Part shown: positions 49,541-58,993 of the stretch, piece by piece | Layout of the letters: each line of letters begins with the position of its first letter | Numbering within the stretch: position 1 is the first letter of the stretch | Source: an uncultured Enterobacteriaceae bacterium | Lineage (GTDB): Bacteria > Pseudomonadota > Gammaproteobacteria > Burkholderiales > SG8-39 | Assembly: GCA_964631735.1 (NCBI GenBank) | Contig: CAZVZV010000042.1 | Coordinates: 20,321 to 84,320, forward strand | Reading direction: 5' to 3' | DNA length: 64,000 nucleotides | Translations under genes and position numbers: made by a program | Notes under the pieces: generated by a model | The model's input: only the letters and a program-made list of their open reading frames with translations | Database searches by the model: none | What the model was told of the DNA's origin: nothing

Positions 49541-50599
49541 GTGCGCGGCTCGCCGCTCGCGCGAATTCTCCTCCTTGTCTACTTGGCGCTCATCGCCTAT
49601 GCCTCGCTCTACCCGCTTGCCGGGTGGCGCGACCACGGCGGTTCGTTGTTCGAGTTCTTCGCCACGCCCTGGCCCCGGTCCACTCTGTGGTTCGACGTCG
49701 TCTCCAATGTCCTGGGTTACGCGGTGCTGGGGCTGCTCGTTGTGCTCGCCACGCGCCCGCGCGTGCGCGGGGTGGCCGCGGTCCTTGCTGCCACCGCGCT
49801 TGGTGCCAGCCTCTCGCTGCTGATGGAGGCCGCGCAGAGCTACCTGCCCACGCGCACCCCTTCGAGCCTCGACCTATTGTGCAATGCCGCCGGCGCACTC
49901 GCCGGAGCGCTCGCCGGCTTGCGCGCGGCACCGTGGGAGCAGCCGCTGCGCCACTGGCGCGCGCGCGCGCTGCTGCCGGGCGCCCAAGCCGACCTCGGGC
50001 TCGCGCTGCTCGGCCTTTGGCTGTTCACCCAGCTCAACCCCGCGATGCTGTTGTTCGGCGTCGGTGACCTGCGCGACCTGCTCGCGGGCCCGGCCGGCCC
50101 GGCGCGTGCACCGGAGCTGTTCGTCGCCATCGAGGCTGTGACCGCCGCCGCCAATCTCGCCGCGGTGGCCCTGCTTGCGTCGGCGATCGTCGCGCCCGGC
50201 GCGCCAGTACGCGCCATAGTGGTGGTGCTGGTGCTTGCTGCGCTCGCCGTGAAGACTTTCGCCTTCGCGGTCATCCTGCGCGCCCAGGACGGATTCGCCT
50301 GGCTGACGCCCGGCGCGCTGCAGGGAATGTTGGCGGGGCTGGCGGTAGCGCTGCTCGCGGTGGGATTGCCGCGCGTGGCGCGGCTCGCCCTGGCAGCCGT
50401 CCTGTTGATGGCCGCGGCGGTGCTGGTCAACCTCGCGCCGCAGAATCCCTACATGGCGGCGATGCTCAAACTCTGGCAGCAAGGGCATTTCCTCAACTTC
50501 AACGGCCTCACGCGGCTGGTGGCGACGCTGTGGCCGTTCGCCGCCCTCGGCTTCCTGATCCACCTCGCGGCGCGTCGTCGCGACGATCCGCTGCGGTAA
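49541..50599 (+). CDS. VanZ-like membrane protein
   Basis: 352 aa from GTG 49541. The VanZ-like N-terminal part has EAAQSYLPTRTPSSLDLLCNAAGALAG. The rest is an extended hydrophobic C-terminus. Confidence 0.65.
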   Translation: MRGSPLARILLLVYLALIAYASLYPLAGWRDHGGSLFEFFATPWPRSTLWFDVVSNVLGYAVLGLLVVLATRPRVRGVAAVLAATALGASLSLLMEAAQSYLPTRTPSSLDLLCNAAGALAGALAGLRAAPWEQPLRHWRARALLPGAQADLGLALLGLWLFTQLNPAMLLFGVGDLRDLLAGPAGPARAPELFVAIEAVTAAANLAAVALLASAIVAPGAPVRAIVVVLVLAALAVKTFAFAVILRAQDGFAWLTPGALQGMLAGLAVALLAVGLPRVARLALAAVLLMAAAVLVNLAPQNPYMAAMLKLWQQGHFLNFNGLTRLVATLWPFAALGFLIHLAARRRDDPLR

Positions 50600-50611
50600 A
50601 ATGCGCGCCCC

Positions 50612-50929
50612 ATGCCATCGTATTACGAACGCCACGTATTCTTCTGCTGCAACCAGCGCGATCCCGCCGAGGGGCGCACATGCTGCAACGTCAAGGGCGC
50701 GTCCGAGATGCGCGACTACGCGAAACAGCGCGTGAAGGAATTGGGCATGGCAGGACTAGGCAAGGTGCGCATCAACCAGGCCGGGTGCCTCGATCGCTGC
50801 GAGGAGGGTCCCTGCGTGGTCGTATACCCGGAGGCGGTCTGGTACACCTACGTGGACCGCGCCGACATCGACGAGATCATCGAGCAACACCTCAAGCACG
50901 GCCGCACCGTCGAGCGGCTGAGAATCTGA
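50612..50929 (+). CDS. Thioredoxin-like [2Fe-2S] ferredoxin domain protein
   Basis: 105 aa. HVFFCCNQR...CC...GCLDRCEEGPCVVVYP. Confidence 0.8.
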   Translation: MPSYYERHVFFCCNQRDPAEGRTCCNVKGASEMRDYAKQRVKELGMAGLGKVRINQAGCLDRCEEGPCVVVYPEAVWYTYVDRADIDEIIEQHLKHGRTVERLRI

Positions 50930-51522
50930 TGCGCGCCGGCACGCGGCGCCAGACGGTCGCCGGGCCGGCGGGCCGCATCGAGTGCGCGGTGGATGAGCCC
51001 GCGGGAACGTCGCGCGGCGTCGCGCTGATCGCGCATCCGCACCCACTGTTCGGCGGCACGCTGGACAACAAGGTAGTGCAGACGTTGGCGCGGGCGTTTG
51101 TCGAGCTCGGCTATACCGCCTGGCGGCCGAACTTCCGCGGCGCAGGGGAGAGCGAAGGGCGGCACGACGAGGGCCGGGGAGAAGTCGAGGATCTCGCCGC
51201 TGTGTTGGCGCATACAGGGGCCGCGAACCGCGTGCTGGCTGGTTTTTCCTTCGGCGCGGCGATGGTGGCGATGCTCGGGGCGAGGGTGGAATCGGAGCGC
51301 ATGGTGCTGGTTGGCGCGGCGGTGACCGGGTTCAAGCTGCCGCCGGTTCCGATGGGCACGCTGGTGATCCACGGCGAAATGGACGAGACTATCCCGCTCC
51401 AGGCGGTGCTCGACTGGGCGCGGTCGCAGGAGCTGCCGGTGCTGGTGCTGCCGGGCGCGGACCATTTCTTCCATCACAAGCTGCCGGCGCTGAAACTGGC
51501 GGTCACCGGGAACTGGCAGTGA
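50929..51522 (+). CDS. Alpha/beta hydrolase (COG2945-like)
   Basis: 197 aa. [19 protein letters not shown] and GFSFGA nucleophile elbow. Confidence 0.75.
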   Translation: MRAGTRRQTVAGPAGRIECAVDEPAGTSRGVALIAHPHPLFGGTLDNKVVQTLARAFVELGYTAWRPNFRGAGESEGRHDEGRGEVEDLAAVLAHTGAANRVLAGFSFGAAMVAMLGARVESERMVLVGAAVTGFKLPPVPMGTLVIHGEMDETIPLQAVLDWARSQELPVLVLPGADHFFHHKLPALKLAVTGNWQ

Positions 51523-52424
51523 GCCTCGCGGTGAGGGGCCTGCGCAAGTCCTACGGCGCGCTCGAGGTGCTCGCCGGCGTGGATCTCGACGTGGCCGCGG
51601 GCGAATGCTTCGGCCTGCTGGGGCCGAACGGCGCCGGCAAGACCACCACGCTGAAGCTGTGCCTCGGGCTGCTCGAGCCGGGCGCAGGCGAGATCCGGCT
51701 GCTCGACTATGACGTACCCGCGCAGGCGCGGATTGCGCGCCAGCGCGTGGGCGTGGTGCCCCAATTCGACAACCTCGACCCGGACTTTACCGTCGCCGAG
51801 AACCTGGTGGTCTACGGGCGCTACTTCGGCCTGAAGGATCGCGACATCCAGGCGCGCATCCCGCAGTTGCTGGAGTTCGCCGGCCTCAGCGGGCGCGCGG
51901 ACGCGCGCATCCAGACGCTCTCGGGCGGCATGAAGCGGCGCCTGACGCTGGCGCGCGCGCTGGTGAATGATCCGCAGCTCCTGTTCATGGACGAGCCGAC
52001 CACCGGGCTCGACCCGCAGGCGCGGCACTTGATCTGGGAGAGGCTGCGGCGCCTGCGCCAGGAGGGCAAGACGCTGATCCTCACCACGCATTTCATGGAA
52101 GAAGCCGAGCGCCTGTGCTCGCGCATCGCCATCATGGACCACGGGCGCATCATCGCGCAGGGCACGCCGCGCAGCCTGATCGCGGACCACATCGAGCCGC
52201 AGGTGGTCGAAGTGCACGGCAACGGCGTCGAGCAATGGATGGAGCGCGCGAAGGGCCTCGCGCCGCGCGTCGAGCGCGCGGGCGAGACCGTGTTCTGCTA
52301 CGCCGCGGATGTCGAGCCGGTGATCGGGGCGCTGCGCGGCCAGCACGAGCTCGCCTACCTGCACCGGCCGGCGAACCTGGAAGACCTGTTCCTGAAACTC
52401 ACCGGACGCGACCTGCGCGACTAG
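51519..52424 (+). CDS. ABC transporter ATP-binding protein (ABC-2/NodI-like)
   Basis: 301 aa. Walker [10 protein letters not shown], signature LSGGMKRR, Walker B LLFMDEPT. Confidence 0.9.
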   Translation: MSLAVRGLRKSYGALEVLAGVDLDVAAGECFGLLGPNGAGKTTTLKLCLGLLEPGAGEIRLLDYDVPAQARIARQRVGVVPQFDNLDPDFTVAENLVVYGRYFGLKDRDIQARIPQLLEFAGLSGRADARIQTLSGGMKRRLTLARALVNDPQLLFMDEPTTGLDPQARHLIWERLRRLRQEGKTLILTTHFMEEAERLCSRIAIMDHGRIIAQGTPRSLIADHIEPQVVEVHGNGVEQWMERAKGLAPRVERAGETVFCYAADVEPVIGALRGQHELAYLHRPANLEDLFLKLTGRDLRD

Positions 52425-52428
52425 TGCC

Positions 52429-53184
52429 ATGAGCCTGCGCTTCATCGCTGTATGGCGCCGCAACTTCCTGGTGTGGCGCAAGCTCGCCATCCCGTCGATC
52501 CTCGGCAACCTCGCCGATCCGCTCATTTTCCTGTTTGGCCTGGGCTATGGGCTGGGTTCGCTGCTCGGCAATATGGGCGGCACCAGCTACTTCGCCTTCC
52601 TCGCCGGCGGCTTCCTCGCCTCCTCAAGCATGTTTGCCGCCACCTTCGAATCGCTGTACTCGGGGTTCTCGCGCATGCACGTGCAGAAAACCTGGGACGC
52701 GATCCTGAACACGCCGATGACGCTGGAGGACATCCTGGCGGGCGAGTGGGCCTGGGCGGCCACCAAGTCGCTGGCCTCGGGGGTCTGCATGCTGGCGGTG
52801 GTGTCCGCGTTCGGCTTCGCCGCCTCGCCCCTCGCGCTGGCTACCATTCCGGTGGTGGCGCTGGTCGGGCTCGCGTTCGCCGGCATCGGCCTGTCGATCA
52901 ACGCGCTCGCCACCGGCTACGATTTCTTCAGCTACTACATGACGCTGGTGCTGACGCCGATGATGATGCTCTCGGGTGTGTTCTTCCCGGTGGACCAGCT
53001 GCCCGCAGCCGTGCAGATGGCGGCGCAGATGCTGCCCCTGTCGCATGGCGTGGCGCTGACGCGGCCGCTGCTGCTGGGGGAGATGCCGCAGGCGATCCTG
53101 CTGCACGTGGGCGTGCTCCTCGCCTATGCTGTCGGCGGCTTCACCCTGGCCGTGTTTCTGACTCGCAGAAGGCTGTTGACCTGA
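52429..53184 (+). CDS. ABC-2 type transporter permease (NodJ-like)
   Basis: 251 aa, six predicted TM segments, immediately downstream of the ATPase. Confidence 0.85.
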   Translation: MSLRFIAVWRRNFLVWRKLAIPSILGNLADPLIFLFGLGYGLGSLLGNMGGTSYFAFLAGGFLASSSMFAATFESLYSGFSRMHVQKTWDAILNTPMTLEDILAGEWAWAATKSLASGVCMLAVVSAFGFAASPLALATIPVVALVGLAFAGIGLSINALATGYDFFSYYMTLVLTPMMMLSGVFFPVDQLPAAVQMAAQMLPLSHGVALTRPLLLGEMPQAILLHVGVLLAYAVGGFTLAVFLTRRRLLT

Positions 53185-53185
53185 C

Positions 53186-53599
53186 ATGCTCTGGCTGAAG
53201 GCCTTGCACATCGTGTTCATGGTGACCTGGTTCGCGGGCCTGTTCTACCTGCCGCGCCTGTTCGTGTACCACGCACTGGCCGAGGATTCGGTGTCGCAGG
53301 AGCGCTTCAAGGTCATGGAGCGGAAACTCTTCTGGGGAATCATGACGCCCGGCGCTGTGCTGACCATCGTTTTCGGCCTGTGGCTGTGGCTGGGCTTTGG
53401 ATTCGCCGGCGGCTGGCTGCACGCCAAGCTCGCGCTGTCGGTGTTGCTGGTCGCGTACCACTTCTGGTGCGGCAAGCTGATGCTGGACTTCCGCGCCGGC
53501 AGGAACACCCGGTCCCACGTCTGGTTCCGCTGGTTCAACGAGTTCCCGACCGTGGTGCTGTTCGCCGCCGTCTTCCTTGTCGTCTTCAAGCCGACCTGA
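53186..53599 (+). CDS. hemJ: Protoporphyrinogen IX oxidase HemJ (UPF0093)
   Basis: 137 aa. LKALHIVFMVTWFAGLFYLPRLFVYHA signature. Confidence 0.85.
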   Translation: MLWLKALHIVFMVTWFAGLFYLPRLFVYHALAEDSVSQERFKVMERKLFWGIMTPGAVLTIVFGLWLWLGFGFAGGWLHAKLALSVLLVAYHFWCGKLMLDFRAGRNTRSHVWFRWFNEFPTVVLFAAVFLVVFKPT

Positions 53600-54734
53600 G
53601 GCCTTCTTCGCCCCGTGCCCGCGGGGGCTGGAAGCGCTGCTCGCCGAAGAGCTGAAGTCCTTCGGCGTGGCGGTGCCGGAACCCACGCAGGGCGGCGTGG
53701 GCTTCGCCGGCAGCTGGGAGACCTGCTACCGCACCAATCTCTGGTCGAGGATCGCCTCGCGCGTGCTGTGGCGGGTAGGGGAGTTCGAGTACCAATCCGA
53801 AGAGGACATCTACGCGGCGGCGCGCGCGGTGGACTGGTTCTCGCTGTTCGACGTGAACCGCACGCTGCGCGTCTACGTCACGGCGCAAAAGAGCCCCGTG
53901 AAGAGCCTCGAGTTCGTCACGCTGCGCGTGAAGGACGCGGTCTGCGACCGCTTTCGCGACGACGTGGGACGCCGGCCGAACGTGGAGCGCGCCGATCCGG
54001 ACGTGCGCGTGCACGTGTTCCTGCAGGAAAAGCGCGGCGCGCTGTACCTCGATACCTCGGGCGAGGCGCTGTTCAAGCGCGGCTGGCGCATGGAGACGGT
54101 GGAAGCGCCCTTGCGCGAGAACCTGGCGGCGGGCCTCGTGATGCTCTCGGGGTGGAAGTTCGACCAGCCCTTGCTGGATCCCATGTGCGGCGGGGCGACG
54201 ATCCTGGTGGAGGCGGCGGCGATGGCGCGCGGGCGGGCGCCCGGAATGAAGCGCTCGTTCGGGTTCGAGAAGCTGGATTCCTTCAACGCGACTTTGTGGA
54301 AGCGGCTGCGCGAGGAGGCGTCAAGCCCGGTGCAGAAGGCGCCGAAGCTGCGGCTGTTCGGCAGCGATTCCGATGCGACGGCGCTTACCGCGGCGCGGAG
54401 GAATCTAGGCGCGGCTGGGGTAGAGCGCTGGGTGACGCTGGAGGCGAGCGACGTTTTCAAGCGCAAGGCGCCGGCGGAGTCGGGGGTGATGATCGCCAAT
54501 CCGCCTTACGGCGAGAGGATTGGCGAGAGCGAGGAGTTGGCGCGGTTTTATCCGAAGCTGGGAGATGCGCTGAAGAGGAACTTCGCGGGGTGGAACTGCT
54601 ACTTCTTCACTGCCGATCGCAGGATGGAGAAGATGATCCGGCTTTCGACTACTCGGCGCACGCCGCTGTTCAACGGGCCGATCGAGTGCCGGCTGTATGA
54701 GTTCAAGGTGGTGGCGGGGAGCAACCGGCCTTAG
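53577..54734 (+). CDS. THUMP-domain class I SAM-dependent RNA methyltransferase
   Basis: 385 aa. LLDPMCGGATILVEAA and ANPPYGERIG motifs. The TTG start is uncertain and overlaps the hemJ end. Confidence 0.85.
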   Translation: MSSSSRPEAFFAPCPRGLEALLAEELKSFGVAVPEPTQGGVGFAGSWETCYRTNLWSRIASRVLWRVGEFEYQSEEDIYAAARAVDWFSLFDVNRTLRVYVTAQKSPVKSLEFVTLRVKDAVCDRFRDDVGRRPNVERADPDVRVHVFLQEKRGALYLDTSGEALFKRGWRMETVEAPLRENLAAGLVMLSGWKFDQPLLDPMCGGATILVEAAAMARGRAPGMKRSFGFEKLDSFNATLWKRLREEASSPVQKAPKLRLFGSDSDATALTAARRNLGAAGVERWVTLEASDVFKRKAPAESGVMIANPPYGERIGESEELARFYPKLGDALKRNFAGWNCYFFTADRRMEKMIRLSTTRRTPLFNGPIECRLYEFKVVAGSNRP

Positions 54735-54768
54735 CGAGCCGCCCGCTTCGGCAGTTAGTTGACATCGA

Positions 54769-55569
54769 TCAGATCGCCAAAGCCTGCACGATGACGGCTT
54801 GCGCGTGGCCCTCGTACGGATCGCCGCCCGTCCTCGTCAGAGCGTCGGTGACCTCGTCGATGACCAGATCGAGCGAGACGCCTCGCTTTTCAATGAGCGC
54901 CGCCCTCGGCGTGCCGCGGATCTGACCGGTAGCGATGCTGCGCGGATCCGCCCCCGTGATTGGGATGCGCTTGGTTTCGATGCTTGTCTCACGGAAGCGC
55001 GCGCCTGCGAGAAGCCGGCGTAAAAGGCCTGCATCATGCATGTCATACGGCAGCCTGAACTTCATCTCGGGGTCGCCCAGAAACATGGCTTCGACGACCC
55101 CGGCGTTGGCCGACGCGTGTGGATTCTCCTCGATACTGTCCCAGACATTGAACAGGAGAATGCCGCCTTCGGTGAGCACGCGCCGCGCCTCCTTGAGCAT
55201 GGCCTGTCGGTCCGGCACAAACATGATTCCAAATCCGCAGACCACCGCGCCGAACGTGCGGTCTTCAAACGGCAGCTTGAGAGCATCGGCTTCCCGCCAT
55301 TCGATGCCTTTGCATTCCCCAAGCTTTCCGCGCGCGTAGTCGAGCATCGCGTTACTCAGGTCGGTGGCCACGAGTCGGAGCGAGGGGTCGATGCGGTCAC
55401 GTAGCCTCTTGGTCACGAGGCCGGTACCACAGGCGACCTCTAAGATGTCGCCCGGCGGGCGTTCCGGGAGGCGCTGTACAAGGTCGGCCGCGAAGCGATC
55501 GAACCAGATGGGTCCGAGGCAGTTGTCGTAATACTCCGGACCCGTAAAGCTTGCCGACGCACTGACCAT
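54769..55569 (-). CDS. Class I SAM-dependent methyltransferase
   Basis: 266 aa. ILEVACGTGLVT motif I and Methyltransf_11-like spacing. Confidence 0.85.
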   Translation of the reverse strand: MVSASASFTGPEYYDNCLGPIWFDRFAADLVQRLPERPPGDILEVACGTGLVTKRLRDRIDPSLRLVATDLSNAMLDYARGKLGECKGIEWREADALKLPFEDRTFGAVVCGFGIMFVPDRQAMLKEARRVLTEGGILLFNVWDSIEENPHASANAGVVEAMFLGDPEMKFRLPYDMHDAGLLRRLLAGARFRETSIETKRIPITGADPRSIATGQIRGTPRAALIEKRGVSLDLVIDEVTDALTRTGGDPYEGHAQAVIVQALAI

Positions 55570-55588
55570 GTGACGCTGCCGGGCGTAA

Positions 55589-56395
55589 TTACTTGGCCGC
55601 CGCCAGGCGGGCGAGATCGAGGGCCTTCATTCCGATTTCGCCGCCGAGCAACTCGGCTTCGCGGTTGAGCGCCGAGATGACGCCGTCCAACAGGGTCGAG
55701 CGGCCGTCGCCGATCCTTGCCGTCATGGACGAGACTGCGGCTGCGGCGATGCCCGCCCGACCCAGAATCGGGAGCGAGGCGACGCCGGCATTCTCGATGC
55801 CCATGGAGGCATCGTTGCAGAGACTCAATATCGGCTTGATCCGGGCGACATAGTCTGCCGAAGGCAAGGCGGCGTGCGAGCCGGCGGCCAGCACCTGGCC
55901 CTTGTCCTGCGCCGTCGCCAGAGAGACGGAATCGACGCAGACAATGCCGCGGCGCTCGCCGTCGGCCTCTTGATAAACGAAGCGCGTCTCTTCGCGCGGC
56001 TCGGGCGGCGTATGGGGCAGCGGGGCGTTCCGCAGCAGCTCGGCGGCGTCGCGGCAGGTCATGCCGACCGTCACACCGCAGGCCGCCGCAATCTTGTTGA
56101 CCCGGCTCAGGATGCCGCGGCGCATCATGTCGTCTCCGTCGCCGCTGCGGGCTGAATTCACCGCCACCGCCGCGACCGCCATGCCGAGCTTCTCCGCCCA
56201 GCCGAGGCCCGAGACGCCGGCTTGGTCGAGGCCGATGCCTGCGTCGTGCTGAATGGCGGCACGAGCGCCGGCGCGTGCGGAAAGATAGACGGTGAAGATC
56301 GCGGCATGGCTGCCGCCGACCACCACCGAGCCCGGCGTCTCGGGCGGCAGGCGGGTGACGGAGGGCGTCACGATGATCCGAACGGTCGATTCCAT
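55589..56395 (-). CDS. Hypothetical protein built from two homologous ~110-aa halves
   Basis: 268 aa. Residues 22-101 and 166-245 align ungapped with 29 of 80 identities (GSHAA...DAxxGI..AGV..L....G.A.AAV....AR.GDG). I recognise no family. Confidence 0.65.
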   Translation of the reverse strand: MESTVRIIVTPSVTRLPPETPGSVVVGGSHAAIFTVYLSARAGARAAIQHDAGIGLDQAGVSGLGWAEKLGMAVAAVAVNSARSGDGDDMMRRGILSRVNKIAAACGVTVGMTCRDAAELLRNAPLPHTPPEPREETRFVYQEADGERRGIVCVDSVSLATAQDKGQVLAAGSHAALPSADYVARIKPILSLCNDASMGIENAGVASLPILGRAGIAAAAVSSMTARIGDGRSTLLDGVISALNREAELLGGEIGMKALDLARLAAAK

Positions 56396-56424
56396 TTTCA
56401 GTCCTTTCGGTGATCTCGCGTTGA

Positions 56425-57429
56425 CTACGTGAATCGAGACAAGACAAAAGCCACCGCCGCGACGACCGCGCTCGCGACGACCACAACCATGTAATACGGC
56501 TCGATGATGTGATGCAGGGCATGCGTCGCCGCACGGAAGCCGCGTGCGTGGCGCCTGAGCCCCGAGGTGGTCACCAGCCTTGGCTTATCGGCGAGAAAGC
56601 GCGGCACCTCTTCAAAGAAGATATTGCGTGCGGGCTCATGCTCGAGAAACAGGTGACTGTCCCCTTCCATCGGAACGAACTTCGCTCCGGCAATCCTCGC
56701 CGCCAGTTCCTGGCCGAGTCCGTAGGGAACCGCCCGGTCTCCCCGGCAGTGCAGCACGATCGTCGGCACCCTGACTTGCGGAAGCAACGCGCTCACGTCG
56801 ACGTCTGCGATGGCGCGCCAGTATATCGCCGCCATCTCGGGCGTGGCGCTCACCTTTTCGAGTTCGTTGATAAATTGAATGTTCTCCCGGTTGCCGCTCG
56901 GCACGTACATCGAGGAAAAGAGCTCGCGATACGATTCGTTCCTGCCACCCCATCCGTCGAGTATCAGCGTGCACATCGCGGCGAGCGATTCAGGGCGGGA
57001 GCTACCTTCCGCGCCGCCGCGATGCAGGCGCCCGCGGGCGTAGCTGCCGTAGAGGATCAAGTGGCTGACGCGCTCGGGGTGGGCGACGGTGTACTGGATT
57101 GCCGTCGCGCCGCCCTGGGATATGCCCAGAAGCGCAAACCGCTCCAGTTGCAGACTTTCCACAACGGCCTCGAGGTCCTTCAGCCATTGTTCGGGACCGA
57201 CTTCCTCGACCATGCGCTCGGACAACCCGGTGCCACGAGGGTCATAGCGAACGAACTGGTGCTGCTCCGACAGGCCCTGGATCAAATGGCCCCAGACAGG
57301 GCTATTCAGGTCGTACTCGAGATGGGTTAGCCAGTGACCAGGCCGCACGATCGGCGTACCCACTCCCGAGGTCGCGTACGCGATGCGCACCCCGTCGGCG
57401 GTGGTGCAAAATCGTATTTCTTGTTTCAC
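56425..57429 (-). CDS. Alpha/beta hydrolase with C-terminal TM anchor
   Basis: 334 aa. GTG start preceded by GGAGG. GISQGG nucleophile elbow. C-terminal YYMVVVVASAVVAAVAFVL helix. Confidence 0.8.
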   Translation of the reverse strand: MKQEIRFCTTADGVRIAYATSGVGTPIVRPGHWLTHLEYDLNSPVWGHLIQGLSEQHQFVRYDPRGTGLSERMVEEVGPEQWLKDLEAVVESLQLERFALLGISQGGATAIQYTVAHPERVSHLILYGSYARGRLHRGGAEGSSRPESLAAMCTLILDGWGGRNESYRELFSSMYVPSGNRENIQFINELEKVSATPEMAAIYWRAIADVDVSALLPQVRVPTIVLHCRGDRAVPYGLGQELAARIAGAKFVPMEGDSHLFLEHEPARNIFFEEVPRFLADKPRLVTTSGLRRHARGFRAATHALHHIIEPYYMVVVVASAVVAAVAFVLSRFT

Positions 57430-57489
57430 CCCTTACCTCCAAAAGCGCAGTGACGGCCGGTAGGCGACACCCAACGTGTATTGGTTGAC

Positions 57490-57517
57490 AAATTAGTTGA
57501 CACACAGCGGTTTGCAA
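57490..57517 (-). promoter_or_regulatory. Putative sigma70-type promoter (TTGCAA-N16-TAATTT), with the -35 inside a 16-bp perfect palindrome
   Basis: On the minus strand, TTGCAA sits at 57512-57517 and TAATTT at 57490-57495. The palindrome GCGGTTTGCAAACCGC spans 57507-57522. This is 60-90 bp upstream of the hydrolase GTG. Confidence 0.3.
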
Positions 57518-57599
57518 ACCGCCGACATGTAACAGCGCTCGAAGTGTCTCTGACGCATCAACAAGCTACGCCGCGTCAGGCCATGAATCTACGCTGACA

Positions 57600-57743
57600 C
57601 TAGCTCTTCGGTTTCTCCGTCTGCTGCTGGCCCTTGGTTTCCTCAGGCTCCTTGTAGTCGCCGATCACGCCTTTCAGCGGGCAAACAGAGAAAGCCGGGC
57701 ACTTCTTGCAGCCGACAGCCAGGGCGATGGGGCAAAGGGTCAT
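57600..57743 (-). CDS. Small Cys-rich protein (47 aa), absent from the ORF track
   Basis: Hand translation: MTLCPIALAVGCKKCPAFSVCPLKGVIGDYKEPEETKGQQQTEKPKS. The ATG is preceded by AAGGAGGAATCAC. Four Cys residues, three of them in CP dipeptides. Confidence 0.6.
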   Translation of the reverse strand: MTLCPIALAVGCKKCPAFSVCPLKGVIGDYKEPEETKGQQQTEKPKS

Positions 57744-57769
57744 GTGATTCCTCCTTCAGGGGATTTCGA

Positions 57770-58036
57770 TTATCGGCTTCTGGGACCGCGCACGGCAGGA
57801 TTGAGGCGCTCGATGTCCGCCTTCACCTGCGCCTGGCTGCGCTCATAGACGATTTCCCGCCCCATCGCGCTGCCGGCGTAGGCGAACCCATTGCGCGTAG
57901 GGGTCAGCGAGCAGCGGATGTTGTTCACGCCCTCGCCGAGGACGACCGTGACCACCTCTGCGCGCTTGCTGTACACCACCACTTCCAGCGTCTGGCCGGT
58001 GGAGGTGACGCGGACCTTGATTCTCTCGTCCTGCAT
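57770..58036 (-). CDS. Hypothetical protein (88 aa)
   Basis: ORF starting 12 bp downstream of the hydrolase stop, in the same orientation. I recognise no family. Confidence 0.5.
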   Translation of the reverse strand: MQDERIKVRVTSTGQTLEVVVYSKRAEVVTVVLGEGVNNIRCSLTPTRNGFAYAGSAMGREIVYERSQAQVKADIERLNPAVRGPRSR

Positions 58037-58048
58037 GCCACCGCCACT

Positions 58049-58993
58049 CTACAGCCTTGCGCGGAACCGCAGGTAGTCCAGGGAGCTCTTCTCGGGCTGC
58101 TCCAGCATCGGAAGATGCCCGACGCCTTGCATCAGGACGACCTCCGAGTGCGTCAGCAGCATCTGCAGGATGCCCGCGCCGGCGGGATGCAGGACGCGAT
58201 CCTGCGCGCCCCAGACGATCAGCGCCGGGGTCGCGAGGCCGCGCACGCGCTGCTCGACGGAATCTCCCGCGAGCTGCTTGGAGATGCGCTGTTCCAGTGC
58301 ATGGTTGCGGATGCGCTCCTGCGCCAGCACGTCGAGAAAGCGGCGAGGGATCGGCATCGGCACCGCCGTGACGACCGCGACGAGCCGCGCGAACTCCTCC
58401 TCATTTCTCACGATCATCGGGTTCTCCCCGCCCTGATCGATGCGCTTGCGCATCTCGCTCGGCGGGGCGCTCCACACGCCTGCCGGGGCAAGCAGCCACA
58501 GGCTCGCGACTTCCTTCGGGTAGAGCGCGGCATAGGCGAGGGCGATGTGTCCGCCCATCGAATTGCCGCCGAGATGCAGCCTGGAGATGCCGAGTTCGCG
58601 TGCCAGCGTGCGCAGCCGCTCGGCCTGCGCGCGCGGCGTGTAGTCGGCATTCGCCGGCCTGGCGGACTCGCCAAAGCCAATGTGGTCCGGGATCACCACG
58701 CGGTAGTGCGGCGTGAGGTACTTGGCCGCGCGTACGAAGTTGTCCTTGTTGGCGCCAAAGCCGTGCAGCAGCATCAGCGGCTCGCCGCGCCCGCCCTCCA
58801 GGTAGACGTAGCGCAGCCCGCCGGGGAGCTCGGTGTCCTTGCGCGCGAGGCCGGCCAGCCCGCGCTCGTAGTCGAGCGCGCGGCGCACCAGCTGCTCCGG
58901 GGAGAAGTAGAAGTAAAGCGCGACGCCGATTGCGAGGAGCGCCAGCATGCCCAGCGCGGCGAGCGCGACGAGCCAGAGCCTGAAGGACCGCAT
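58049..58993 (-). CDS. Alpha/beta hydrolase with N-terminal TM anchor
   Basis: 314 aa from ATG 58993 (TGATG overlap with the upstream gene). LLHGFGANKD and GNSMGG motifs. Confidence 0.8.
   Translation of the reverse strand: MRSFRLWLVALAALGMLALLAIGVALYFYFSPEQLVRRALDYERGLAGLARKDTELPGGLRYVYLEGGRGEPLMLLHGFGANKDNFVRAAKYLTPHYRVVIPDHIGFGESARPANADYTPRAQAERLRTLARELGISRLHLGGNSMGGHIALAYAALYPKEVASLWLLAPAGVWSAPPSEMRKRIDQGGENPMIVRNEEEFARLVAVVTAVPMPIPRRFLDVLAQERIRNHALEQRISKQLAGDSVEQRVRGLATPALIVWGAQDRVLHPAGAGILQMLLTHSEVVLMQGVGHLPMLEQPEKSSLDYLRFRARL

Noticed and set aside
57485-57502. Two TTGACA hexamers as plus-strand -35 boxes
   Set aside because: There is no acceptable -10 at 16-18 nt on the plus strand and no plus-strand gene downstream. 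A minus-strand promoter or operator reading seems more plausible.
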